This document shows positions 22,196 through 31,408 of a stretch of 64,000 nucleotides of DNA, piece by piece. The translations under genes and the position numbers were made by a program. Under the pieces are notes generated by a model. The model was given only the letters and a program-made list of their open reading frames with translations, had not been told where the DNA came from and ran no database searches. The stretch covers positions 544,001 through 608,000 of the forward strand of contig CAVPHD010000004.1 in the NCBI GenBank assembly GCA_963704165.1, written 5' to 3'. Every line of letters begins with the position of its first letter. The stretch's first letter is position 1. Source of the stretch: an uncultured delta proteobacterium. GTDB lineage: Bacteria; Myxococcota_A; UBA9160; SZUA-336.

Positions 22196-22960
22196 ATGGC
22201 GGAACCAAGCACGGCATTTCCGAGCACGCTTCTGCGACAGCGCTTCGAGCGCGCTCGCAGCCTGCCGATCGCGGCCCAGGTGCGCGAGTGCGTGGACTAC
22301 CTGCAGAACCCCGAGGTTCTGATCGAGGAGTTCATCGACGCCTATACCGCGGTCGAGAGCTGTTGCGATCCCGCGGACCAACGCTTCTCGGTGTGCACGC
22401 CCGCCGACGCCTCGGCCAAGGAGCGCAAGGCGTCCCTCGACCAGCTCTTCGGGAAGGGGATGGTCTCGGTCTTCGACCTGGTGCCCTACGAGTTTCTCTG
22501 CGTCGCGCGCGACGTCTCTTCAGTTTCCCGGAGCCTGGATCTCAAGCGGCCTCGCGCGGACGGGCTCGACTACGTGGGTCGGATCGTCGGTGAAGAACCG
22601 CTCGCGGTGATCGGCGTCGCGGAGTACGGCGAGGAGACCTCGCCGTACGCGCTCTTCCTGCGCTTGATCACGTGCCTGTCGGAGCTCGCGCCGGACGCCC
22701 AGCTGCGCGCGGCCGATGAAGCCATCTTCAAAGGCGGGCTCGGCGCCGAGCCCAAACTCGACCTGCACCTGCTGCTTCGGGAGTCGGAGGACGAGGTCGC
22801 GAGCGGCACGCTGCGGCAGCTGACGCACGATCTCGCCGAGGTCTTCCATGCCGGCGTCGCCGAGGAATGGCAGTTCCCCGACGTGCTTCGGAACATCGTC
22901 TGTCTCGTGCCCGCGACGCCGGGATCCGAGGAGAACCTCTTCGTCGATTGGTGCGTCTGA
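22196..22960 (+). CDS. Hypothetical protein (254 aa)
   Basis: Coding-like composition; no family recognised with confidence. Confidence 0.8.
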   Translation: MAEPSTAFPSTLLRQRFERARSLPIAAQVRECVDYLQNPEVLIEEFIDAYTAVESCCDPADQRFSVCTPADASAKERKASLDQLFGKGMVSVFDLVPYEFLCVARDVSSVSRSLDLKRPRADGLDYVGRIVGEEPLAVIGVAEYGEETSPYALFLRLITCLSELAPDAQLRAADEAIFKGGLGAEPKLDLHLLLRESEDEVASGTLRQLTHDLAEVFHAGVAEEWQFPDVLRNIVCLVPATPGSEENLFVDWCV

Positions 22961-22970
22961 CGCCCTGATC

Positions 22971-23423
22971 TCAGGCGGCCGGAAGCAGCTCGCTCGCGAT
23001 TCGCCTCGCGAGATTCCCGTCGATGTCGGCCTTGTGCGCCTTCATGACCGCACCCATCACGCGCCCGAGGTCCTTGGCACTTTGCGCGCCGGATTCCGCG
23101 ATCGCGGCCTGGACCCAGGCGCGCGTCGTCGCCTCGTCGGCGAGCTTGGGCAGGAAGGTCAGAATCACCTCGAGCTCCGCCTTCTCGGCCGCGGCCTGCT
23201 CCGCTCGGCCCGCCGTCTCGAACGCCTCGATGCTCTCGTGGCGCTGCTTCTCGAGGCGGCGCAAGATCGGCAGGCACTCTTCGTCCGACACGGTCTCCGA
23301 GGCATCTTCCTTCATGCGCACGAGAAACGCCGCCCGAATGCTTCGAAGCGCCTGAAGCTCGAGCTTGCGCTGACCGCGCATCGCGTCTTTCATCTGTGCA
23401 TTCACCTGATCGAAGATCGACAT
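22971..23423 (-). CDS. yqeY: GatB/YqeY domain protein
   Basis: QMKDAMR, KQRHESIEAF..AGR, FLPK, KDLGRVMGAVM. Confidence 0.92.
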   Translation of the reverse strand: MSIFDQVNAQMKDAMRGQRKLELQALRSIRAAFLVRMKEDASETVSDEECLPILRRLEKQRHESIEAFETAGRAEQAAAEKAELEVILTFLPKLADEATTRAWVQAAIAESGAQSAKDLGRVMGAVMKAHKADIDGNLARRIASELLPAA

Positions 23424-23463
23424 CGGTTCTCCCGTCACTCGCTGCACCGAGGAGTCTGCCACA

Positions 23464-24627
23464 GTGAATTGGATCCGAGCAGGGGCGCTGTGTCTCGTCG
23501 TCATCGGTTGTGCAACAGCGCCCGCGCCATCGCTCGGTCCGGCGGTGTTTCGCGCGCCCGAGTCGGCCGAGGCGCCCGAGCGCTATTCGGCGTGGTTCGC
23601 CGACGAGCGCGACGGCGTCGTCTACTTCGGGCTCTCCGATTTCTGGACTTCGTTCTGGGCGACCGGGGATCCGATGGCCGAGCTTCGCGAGCCCGGCGCA
23701 CATCGGATCGGGCGCTTCGACCTCGCGAGCGAGTCGTTCCTGAAGCCGCTCGTCGCGCGCGAGGCGGGGCCGGACGTGCGCGCATCGGTCTGGGACGTGC
23801 TCGCGCACCCGAACGGCTGGGTCTACTACACGACGTTCTACGAAGAGATGGGTCGCGTGAATCCGGCGACGGGCGCGGTCGAACGCTTCTCGAGCCTCGG
23901 CCGCGGATTGAACGAGCTCGCGCTCGCGGCCGATGGGCGGATCTTCGCGACGCGCTACGGCTCCGGAGTCGAAGACCCCCGAGCTCGATCCGACGGCGCG
24001 CTCGTCGTGCTGTCCCAAGAAGGTGAGAGGCTTCGCGAGATCCGCCTGCACGCGCGCGATGGTGCCGTGACCGCGGCAAAGAGCGTCGCGTGCGATCCGA
24101 GCACCGGGCACGTCTTCGTCAACGCCGACGTGATCCTCGACGACGGGGGTGTGGAGTACGCCCGCTTCGAGCTCGACGCGGAGCTGTCGCTCGTGCACGG
24201 AGCGGTGGGCGATCCCGAGCTGGTCTTCGTCGCGTTCGCCCCCGACGGCCGCGGGGTTCTGATCGAGGACGAAGCCGGGCAGGTCCGCCTCTCGATTCTC
24301 GAGTCGGGGCGCGAGCGCGCCACGGTCGACCTCGGCCCGCGGCTGCCGCACGACTTCGCCCAGGATGTCCACTTCGCGCCCGACGGCACGGCCGCGGTCG
24401 CGTTCTGGTCCGGCCGGATCGAGCTCGTGCGCGAGCACGAGGGCCGTTTCGAGCACGCGCGGCTCGACCTCGACAAGCCCGCCGCGTGCGAGCCGCCCGC
24501 CGGCCGCTCGCTCGTGTACAGCGCGTTCGTCCGTTCGAGTTCCGTGTACGCGACACTGTACTGTGGCGAGACGATTCTGCGCGGGGACCTGCCGTCGGAC
24601 TGGAGGCCGGTCCTGCCCGCGCCCTAG
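23464..24627 (+). CDS. Putative beta-propeller lipoprotein
   Basis: Lipobox-like LVVIG-C; repeated blade motifs (HPNGWVY, AADGRIF, APDGRGV, APDGTAA). Confidence 0.7.
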   Translation: MNWIRAGALCLVVIGCATAPAPSLGPAVFRAPESAEAPERYSAWFADERDGVVYFGLSDFWTSFWATGDPMAELREPGAHRIGRFDLASESFLKPLVAREAGPDVRASVWDVLAHPNGWVYYTTFYEEMGRVNPATGAVERFSSLGRGLNELALAADGRIFATRYGSGVEDPRARSDGALVVLSQEGERLREIRLHARDGAVTAAKSVACDPSTGHVFVNADVILDDGGVEYARFELDAELSLVHGAVGDPELVFVAFAPDGRGVLIEDEAGQVRLSILESGRERATVDLGPRLPHDFAQDVHFAPDGTAAVAFWSGRIELVREHEGRFEHARLDLDKPAACEPPAGRSLVYSAFVRSSSVYATLYCGETILRGDLPSDWRPVLPAP

Positions 24628-25505
24628 ATCGAGCGGTCGTGCGCCTTCCGCGTCGGGCGCATCAAGCCCTCCTGCGCGACCGAGGCGACGAGCTTGCCAT
24701 CGCGGGTGAAGATCGTGCCGCGCGCGAAGCCACGCGCGCCCGACGCGGCCGGGCTCTCCTGCACGTAGAGCAGCCAGTCGTCGGCGCGAATCGCGTGGTG
24801 GAACCAGATCGCGTGATCGAGGCTCGCCGTCATCACCGGACCGAGCAACCCCGAGCGGCCGTGCGGAAGGACCACCGTGTCGAGCAGCGACATGTCGGAA
24901 GCGTAGGCGACCACGCACTGGTGCAGAAACGGATCCTCGGGAAGCGCCGACGAGGCGCGGAACCAGACCATGTTCCCGCCGCGTCGCGGTCCGCCGCCGA
25001 GGAACGTCGGTGCCTCGACGTGGCGAAGGTCGATGGGGCGATCGTCGCGCACCCAATGGAAGCTGTCCTTCGGCAGCAAGTCGCGGGCCCGTTCGGCGCG
25101 CTCGGCCCAGGTCGGCAGCGACTCGGGCGTCGGCGCGGAGGGGATCTCCAACTGCTGGTGCTCGTAGCCGGTCTCGCCCACTTGAAACGAGACGGACATG
25201 TTGAAGATCGCCTGACCGCGCTGGATCGCGACCACGCATCGCGTGGTGAAGCTCTGGCCGTCGCGGATCCGATCGACGGTGTAGAGCACCGGCACGCGCG
25301 GATCGCCGGGGCGCAGGAAATAGGCGTGCAGCGAGTGGGCTTTGCGGCCGGTCACGGTGCGTCCGGCGGCGGCGAGCGCTTGGGCGGCGACTTGCCCTCC
25401 GAAGAGCCGCTCTCGCTGCCCGCGTTCGTTGCGGCCGCGGTAGATGTTCTGATCGATTTCCTCGAGGTCCAAGAGCTCGAGCAGTCCCTGCAGCGTCTCG
25501 CCCAT
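24624..25505 (-). CDS. tesB: Acyl-CoA thioesterase II
   Basis: RLFGGQVAAQAL, HSLHAYFLRPGD, YASD, ASLDHAIWFH, SVAQEGLMR. Confidence 0.95.
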   Translation of the reverse strand: MGETLQGLLELLDLEEIDQNIYRGRNERGQRERLFGGQVAAQALAAAGRTVTGRKAHSLHAYFLRPGDPRVPVLYTVDRIRDGQSFTTRCVVAIQRGQAIFNMSVSFQVGETGYEHQQLEIPSAPTPESLPTWAERAERARDLLPKDSFHWVRDDRPIDLRHVEAPTFLGGGPRRGGNMVWFRASSALPEDPFLHQCVVAYASDMSLLDTVVLPHGRSGLLGPVMTASLDHAIWFHHAIRADDWLLYVQESPAASGARGFARGTIFTRDGKLVASVAQEGLMRPTRKAHDRSI

Positions 25506-25560
25506 GCCGGATGCTTAGCAGAATGGACCGGCTGCTACACTGCGGGCCGGAGGTCCGGAG

Positions 25561-25995
25561 TTGGAGATCAACGGCATGGCTCACGTCATCCTGACGGTGG
25601 GCGACTTCGCGCGCGCGCGTCCCTTCTACCGCGATCTCCTGGTGTTTCTGGGCCTCAAACCGGTGATCGACTCGCCCGAGTACCTCTACTGCGTCGGTGG
25701 GCGCACCGCGCTCGGAATTCGGCCGGCCGGCGGCGCGCGATCCCCCGAGGCGTTCTCGCAGGAGCGCCCGGGTCTGCACCACTTGTGCTTTCGCGCGCGT
25801 TCGCGCGACGACGTCGACGGAATCCACGAGTTCCTCGTCGCCCGGGGAGCGCGCATCGTGCACCCACCGGAAGCGGGCGCGTTCGCACCCGGCTACTACT
25901 CGGTTCTCTTCGAGGATCCCGAGGGAATCCGACTCGAAGCGAACTTCGTTCCGGGTCGGGGTCTGCTCGAGCCCGGCGCGAAGTTGGGCTTTTGA
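25561..25995 (+). CDS. VOC/glyoxalase family protein
   Basis: AHVILTV, GLHHLCFRARSRDDVD, YYSVLFEDPEGIRLE. Confidence 0.9.
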   Translation: MEINGMAHVILTVGDFARARPFYRDLLVFLGLKPVIDSPEYLYCVGGRTALGIRPAGGARSPEAFSQERPGLHHLCFRARSRDDVDGIHEFLVARGARIVHPPEAGAFAPGYYSVLFEDPEGIRLEANFVPGRGLLEPGAKLGF

Positions 25996-26342
25996 GCTCC
26001 GAGGACGACATCACGCCGGGCGAGGAGCTCCACCTCGTGCGCAGCGCGCAGCTCGACTGGATTCACGCGCTCGCCGAACGGCTCACCGAGGCCGGCATCC
26101 CTCGCCACGTGAATCCGCTCGGCGAGCGGCGCGCGACCGACAGCACCTGGGGGCTCTACGTGCGGCAACGGGATCTGTCCCGCGCACGTGAGCTCGACCG
26201 CGAAGTCATGCGCGCGGTCATGCCCGACGTTCCGGAGGACTTCGATCCGGAGGCGCTCGACACGAATCGGTGTCCCGCCTGCGGAGATCCCGTGACGGAG
26301 GGTGTCGGCGAGTGCCCGGGCTGCGGCCTCGCTCTGCTCTGA
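25992..26342 (+). CDS. DUF2007-like protein with C-terminal zinc ribbon
   Basis: TTG start overlaps upstream stop; LTEAGIP..LYVR..D..RARE; CPAC-x10-CPGC. Confidence 0.7.
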   Translation: MSSEDDITPGEELHLVRSAQLDWIHALAERLTEAGIPRHVNPLGERRATDSTWGLYVRQRDLSRARELDREVMRAVMPDVPEDFDPEALDTNRCPACGDPVTEGVGECPGCGLALL

Positions 26343-26347
26343 GCGCG

Positions 26348-27361
26348 CTACGAGATCTGGAGAGCCGCCATCATCCCGCGCACGCGCTCGTGGAAGTCGT
26401 ACGGGTAGACGAGCTCGAGCGCCGAGACCTCGTCCAGGCGCTTGCGCGCCTCGTCGGGCAGCATCAGGTCGGCCGCGCCGAGGTTGTCCTCGAGCTGCTC
26501 CAGATTGCGTGCGCCGAAGATCGGTGACGTGACTCCGGGCTGACCGGAGGCCCAGGCGAGCGCAACCTGACTCGCGCTCTTGCCGAGAGTGGTCGCCACG
26601 CTCGCGACCGCCTCGGCGATCGCGAGATTGCGCTCCGAGGCGAAGCGCTCGCGCATCGCGGTGTCGACGGCGGCGCGAGAGCCGGCCGGTGCGGCCGTAC
26701 CCCTGCGGATCTTCCCGGTGAGAAGTCCACCGCCCAGCGGGCTCCACGGAATCACACCGATCTCTTCCTCGAGACAGAGAGGAATGTGCTCGCGTTCGAT
26801 CGTCCGACAGACGAGCGAATACTGCGGCTGCAGCGCATCGAAGCGAACGGCGCCGAGCTCGCGGGCGAGCGCGATCGCCTTCATCAGCTGCCACGCCGAG
26901 TAGTTCGAGCAGCCGAGGTAGCGGACCTTGCCGGCGCGCACGCAGGCATCGAGCGCCAGGATCGTCTCGTCGAGCGGGGTGGTCGGATCGAAGGCGTGGA
27001 CCTGGTAGAGGTCGATGTAGTCGGTCCCGAGCCGGCGCAGGCTCGCGTCGACGGCATCGAGCACGTGCTTTCGGGAAACGCCGAGATCGTTCGGTCCGCG
27101 GCCCATCGGTCCAGCGACCTTGGTCGCGAGCACGACCTGCTGGCGCTTGCTCCGGATCGCGCGTCCCGTGATCTCTTCGGAAACGCCGTTCGAGTAGACA
27201 TCGGCGGTGTCGATGAAGTTGCCGCCAGCGTCGAGAAAGCGCGAGACGATCCGAGTCGAGGTCGGCTCGTCGCAGCCCCACTGCTCGTTCCCGAACGTCA
27301 TCGTGCCGAGACACAAGTTCGAGACCTTGAGGCCGGTGCGGCCGAGTCGGCGCAACTTCAT
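26348..27361 (-). CDS. Aldo/keto reductase
   Basis: LGRTGLKVS..CLGTMTFG, IDTADVY, LATK, DLYQVH, WSPLGGG. Confidence 0.95.
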   Translation of the reverse strand: MKLRRLGRTGLKVSNLCLGTMTFGNEQWGCDEPTSTRIVSRFLDAGGNFIDTADVYSNGVSEEITGRAIRSKRQQVVLATKVAGPMGRGPNDLGVSRKHVLDAVDASLRRLGTDYIDLYQVHAFDPTTPLDETILALDACVRAGKVRYLGCSNYSAWQLMKAIALARELGAVRFDALQPQYSLVCRTIEREHIPLCLEEEIGVIPWSPLGGGLLTGKIRRGTAAPAGSRAAVDTAMRERFASERNLAIAEAVASVATTLGKSASQVALAWASGQPGVTSPIFGARNLEQLEDNLGAADLMLPDEARKRLDEVSALELVYPYDFHERVRGMMAALQIS

Positions 27362-27395
27362 CGCGTTCCTCCGTGCGGTCGAACGGGGAACGCTA

Positions 27396-29483
27396 TCACG
27401 TCTCCGCGAGCAGTACGGCGCTCTGATAGGCGTCCAGCGACGCGTACTCGCGAAACGGCAGACCGTGAGCGCCGGCCGGGTCGGGCAGGGGGACGGCTCC
27501 GCTTCGCGCGAGCAGTTCGGCGAGCAACGCGCGCAGCGCGTCGAGGGCGTTCTCCGGTCCGGTCACGAGGTGCCGCGCGCGGAACGCGTCGCTGCGCATT
27601 CGCATCACGTCGATTGCGCCGTCGGGCGCATCCGCCCAGTTCATGGCCAGATCGATCACGACCACTGGATTCGGGCCGAGGCCCGAGATCAGTCCGACGG
27701 CGACCGCCTGCACCTGCGTCCATTCGATCAGGCTCGGCGCTCCTCCCTCGAGCCGAACGCGCACGCCCGTGACGTCGAGCGCCACCGGCAGGACGGGAGT
27801 GGCCTTGATTCGAGCCGAGCTCGGAGGAATCCCGAGGGGTGCAGCGAAGATCGCGGTCGCGGACTCGGCTTCGGGCACGAGCTCGTCGGACGGAGCGGGT
27901 ACCGTGACGTCCGGCACGTCGGGTTCGACACCGAGTTGCGTAGGTTCGATCTCGAAGAGCTCGTCCCGTGGGGGCGTGGGCTCGGGGACAGGCGTTGCGG
28001 AGTCGCCCTCGAGCGAGAGAACGAGCTGCTCGAGTCTCTCGCGTCGCTCTTCGACGAGCTCACCGCTCGCGAGCGCGAGCCGCGCAGCGCGAAGCGCGGT
28101 CGGCGGGTCGAGCTCGGCGCCGAGCTCCGCCGCACGGAAGGCCTGTCCGACGGTGAGGCCCGGATTCGCCGCGTCGAGGGCGGCGCGAAGCGCCCCGATC
28201 GCCGCGTCGCGATGCGCTCCCACGACGAGCTCCGGCACGATTCGCAGCAGCGCGGTCGCGCCGACCGGGACGTTCTGCGCGCTGCGCACGAGTTCTTCCC
28301 AGGTGCCCGCGGCGCTCGCGAGATCTCCCCGGCGCGCGTACACCTCGACCAAGCGACCCGCCGCGCGCGCGCCGTCCGCCTGACTTCCGGCCGCGACGTG
28401 CGCCTGCCAGGACGCCTGCAGCGCATCGGCGTCGTCCGGGCGATCGCGCAGGACGGATTCCGCGAGCTCGATCGCCTCCGCGTGCAGGCTCTGCTCGCGG
28501 GCCGTGATGGCGCGCCGGATGCGCGGATCGAGTCCCGTGCGCGCGCGTGTCACGAGCGAACGTGCCTCGACGCGACCTTCGAGCTTCGAACGCTGCACGG
28601 CCCACGCAAACGCTCCGCCCCACGCGAGGCCCGCGACGTTCGCGGTCCACGAGTTCCCCGCGAAGACCTCCGCGTCGAGAAAGAGCAGCGCGAAGAGGAT
28701 CTGCACCAGCCCTGCGATGGGAGCGAGAATCCAGCCGCGAGTCTCGATCGATGCGGCGCTCGCACGAGTCGTTCGCAGCGCGATGCCACGAACGCGCAAG
28801 CGGCTGACTCCGAACCGGCCGAGAAACGCACCGACCAGGCCGGCGGCGATTCCCGACGCGCCAATCAGCGGGGCGCTCGAGCCAGGGACCGCGAGCACGT
28901 GGGTCAGCGCAGAGACGAGCCCGCTCGAAAAGCCCAGCCCGACGAAGAGCGCGACGCCGAACCGCTGCTCGAGCGCGGGACCGACGAGCGCGACGGGCAG
29001 AAGCGCGAGCACGAGGTGGCTCCATCCCGCGTGCAGGAATGCGTGGGTGAACCAGGCGAGCGGGCGCTTCGCGGTCGCGACCAGTCCGAATCGGCGGAAC
29101 GCGTGCGCCGGGCCCGGCTTCTCGTCGGATCCGAGCAGCGCCAGCCGCGTGAGATGGGCGAGCGCGTTCTGCTCCTCGGCGACGACCTCGGCGTCGATCG
29201 GCCGAATCGTGCCGAGCCTCCGCGATTTCGCGAGGAAGGCTTCGAGGTCCATGCGCTCCGCGGCGTCCGCAGCGGCCTCGAGGATCTTCGCATCCGGCTC
29301 GAGGTAGGGATGCTCGAGCCAGTAGTCCGACGCCTGCTCGAGCTCGACCTGCGCTCCCTCGCCGGTCAGGAACTGCCGAAAGCGCGGCACGAGAAAGCAG
29401 GCGAGACAGACCGCGATGAGCGCGAGTGTCACCCAGGGGACGCGCTCGGCTCGGTCGTTCTCGTCGGCGATATGAACGATCAT
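27396..29483 (-). CDS. Rhomboid-family membrane protein with long helical (TPR-like) C-terminal region
   Basis: PWVTLALI, FTHAFLHAGWSHL, GPALE, IGASG; expected catalytic His appears replaced (ANVAG). Confidence 0.8.
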   Translation of the reverse strand: MIVHIADENDRAERVPWVTLALIAVCLACFLVPRFRQFLTGEGAQVELEQASDYWLEHPYLEPDAKILEAAADAAERMDLEAFLAKSRRLGTIRPIDAEVVAEEQNALAHLTRLALLGSDEKPGPAHAFRRFGLVATAKRPLAWFTHAFLHAGWSHLVLALLPVALVGPALEQRFGVALFVGLGFSSGLVSALTHVLAVPGSSAPLIGASGIAAGLVGAFLGRFGVSRLRVRGIALRTTRASAASIETRGWILAPIAGLVQILFALLFLDAEVFAGNSWTANVAGLAWGGAFAWAVQRSKLEGRVEARSLVTRARTGLDPRIRRAITAREQSLHAEAIELAESVLRDRPDDADALQASWQAHVAAGSQADGARAAGRLVEVYARRGDLASAAGTWEELVRSAQNVPVGATALLRIVPELVVGAHRDAAIGALRAALDAANPGLTVGQAFRAAELGAELDPPTALRAARLALASGELVEERRERLEQLVLSLEGDSATPVPEPTPPRDELFEIEPTQLGVEPDVPDVTVPAPSDELVPEAESATAIFAAPLGIPPSSARIKATPVLPVALDVTGVRVRLEGGAPSLIEWTQVQAVAVGLISGLGPNPVVVIDLAMNWADAPDGAIDVMRMRSDAFRARHLVTGPENALDALRALLAELLARSGAVPLPDPAGAHGLPFREYASLDAYQSAVLLAET

Positions 29484-29536
29484 CGCGATCGCCCGTATCG
29501 TCCGGAGATTGCTGCGCCCTTACACTCCGGGGTGTT

Positions 29537-31333
29537 CTAGAGCCGGACCGCTCCGGCGACGATGTCACCGTGACGCCGCTCGTCGAGCGGGACGTACGTC
29601 TTCGACGCGTCGTCGCGGACGAGGAGCGGATCGTCGAGCTTGGCCGGGTCCCAGCCCTCGCGCTGCAGCTCGACCTTGCGCAGCTTGAACGTCCCGGTCA
29701 CCTCCGCCTCGAGCTGGAGTCGCAGGAAGACCGGAACGGCGTAGGACGGCAGCGACGACACGACGTGTGCGTAGAAGGCGCGCGGGTCGAAGCTCTTGGG
29801 ATCGGCGAGCACGAGCGCGGCCATCCCGGCCCGGCCGTCTCCACCGGGTACTTCGACGCCGTACACGTTCGCGACCTCGACGCCGGGATAGGCGCTCACC
29901 GCTTCGGCGACTTCCTGGGTGGAGACGTTCTCGCCCTTCCACCGGAACGTGTCCCCGATCCGATCGACGAAGTAGAAGTAGCCCTTTGCATCCTTCTTCA
30001 GCAGGTCGCCCGTGCGGAAGAACGAGTCTCCCTCGGCGAACGCGTTGCGCAGGATCTTGCGCTCGGTCGCCTCCTTCGAGGTGTAGCCCTCGAAGCGCCC
30101 GCGGGTCTCGCCCTTGCGCGTGGGCATGGCGCCGACGAGCTCGCCCACCTCGCCGACCGCGCATTCGACGAGTCGTCCGGAGGAGTCGCGGAGATGCTCG
30201 TCGCGTTCGACGTCGTACCGGACGATGCGGGCGTCCATCAGCAGCTTCGAGGGGATGCGGCCGACGGAACCCACCTTGTTGTCGAGGTTCATCATCGCGA
30301 CGTTGCCCTCGGTCGCGCCGTAGAACTCGACGATGTTGGGAATTCGGAAGCGGTCGCGGAAGTCTTCCCAGATGTCGGGCCGCAAGCCGTTGCCGATGCA
30401 GAACGAGAGCTGGTGTTCGCCATCGCGCGGATCGGCGGGCTGGTTCAAGAGGTAACGGCAGAATTCACCGATGTACTGGAACGACGTCGAGCGCGACTCG
30501 CGCACGTCGCTCCAGAACTCGCGCGCGCTGAACCTGCGCCGGAGCGTGAGCGTCGCGCCCGAGAGCAGGACGCTGCCGACCGCCATCGCACCGCCCGCGG
30601 AGTGGTAGAGCGGCAGCGCGCAGTACATGACGTCGCTCGGTGTGAAACCCGCCAGGCGGCCCGCCGTTCCCGTCGTGAAGAACTTCAGGTGGCTGAAGCG
30701 CGCAGCCTTCGGAAGTCCCGTGGTGCCGGAGGTGTAGATGTAGAAGAGATCGTCACCGGCCACCGCTCCGGCGCGCGCAGACGCGGGAGGGTTCGCGGAC
30801 GGCCGGCCCGCGAGCTCGGCCGCGAGATCGCGCGCGCCCGACGGCCACGCCGTCGCTTCGCTGCCCGGATCGTTCGCGACCCAGACCTGCCACTTCGATG
30901 TGTCGTCCACCGTTGCGAGCAGGGGAAGCAGCTCCGAGCCGACGATCACGTGCTTCGGCTCCGCGGTTTCGATCGCGTGCTCGAGGGCGCGACCCGTGAG
31001 ATTGGTGTTGATGAGCGCGCTGGTGGCGCCGACCTTCGCGAGCCCGGCCCAGGTCTCGAGGAACTCCGGACGATTCTGCATCAAGAGGGCGACGCGATCC
31101 CCCCGGCCGATCCCGTGGGCGAGCGCCCAGTGCGCCACGCGATTGGCGCCGCGGTTGTACTCGTCGAAGGACACGGTGCGGCCTTCGAAGACGACGAACG
31201 GGTGGCGGCCGCGGGCGGCGGCTTGCTCCTCGATCACGTCGGCGATCGTGCGCGGGCTCTCCGGACGCGTGCGAGCGAGTGGCAAGCCGTACTTCGCAAA
31301 GCGGTAGAGCTGGGTGACGCGCTCGAATGCCAT
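29537..31333 (-). CDS. Long-chain acyl-CoA synthetase (FATP/FadD6-like)
   Basis: YIYTSGTTGLPKAA, LPLYHS, YIGE, FYGATEG, DRIGDTFRWKGENVST, GRAGMA. Confidence 0.94.
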   Translation of the reverse strand: MAFERVTQLYRFAKYGLPLARTRPESPRTIADVIEEQAAARGRHPFVVFEGRTVSFDEYNRGANRVAHWALAHGIGRGDRVALLMQNRPEFLETWAGLAKVGATSALINTNLTGRALEHAIETAEPKHVIVGSELLPLLATVDDTSKWQVWVANDPGSEATAWPSGARDLAAELAGRPSANPPASARAGAVAGDDLFYIYTSGTTGLPKAARFSHLKFFTTGTAGRLAGFTPSDVMYCALPLYHSAGGAMAVGSVLLSGATLTLRRRFSAREFWSDVRESRSTSFQYIGEFCRYLLNQPADPRDGEHQLSFCIGNGLRPDIWEDFRDRFRIPNIVEFYGATEGNVAMMNLDNKVGSVGRIPSKLLMDARIVRYDVERDEHLRDSSGRLVECAVGEVGELVGAMPTRKGETRGRFEGYTSKEATERKILRNAFAEGDSFFRTGDLLKKDAKGYFYFVDRIGDTFRWKGENVSTQEVAEAVSAYPGVEVANVYGVEVPGGDGRAGMAALVLADPKSFDPRAFYAHVVSSLPSYAVPVFLRLQLEAEVTGTFKLRKVELQREGWDPAKLDDPLLVRDDASKTYVPLDERRHGDIVAGAVRL

Positions 31334-31408
31334 CTGCCCAGGCTACCACGGCAACCCCGGTTGCGGCCGAACGGATTCGGGGGAACCCTCGCGACATGGA
31401 CGTGCGAG

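Noticed and set aside
22570..25863. Very long ORFs in the track (e.g. 1097 aa here, also 45781..48657, 8659..11310, 27207..29540, 12038..14191)
   Set aside because: Arg/Ala/Pro-rich shadow frames overlapping recognisable genes; expected in high-GC DNA with few stop codons.
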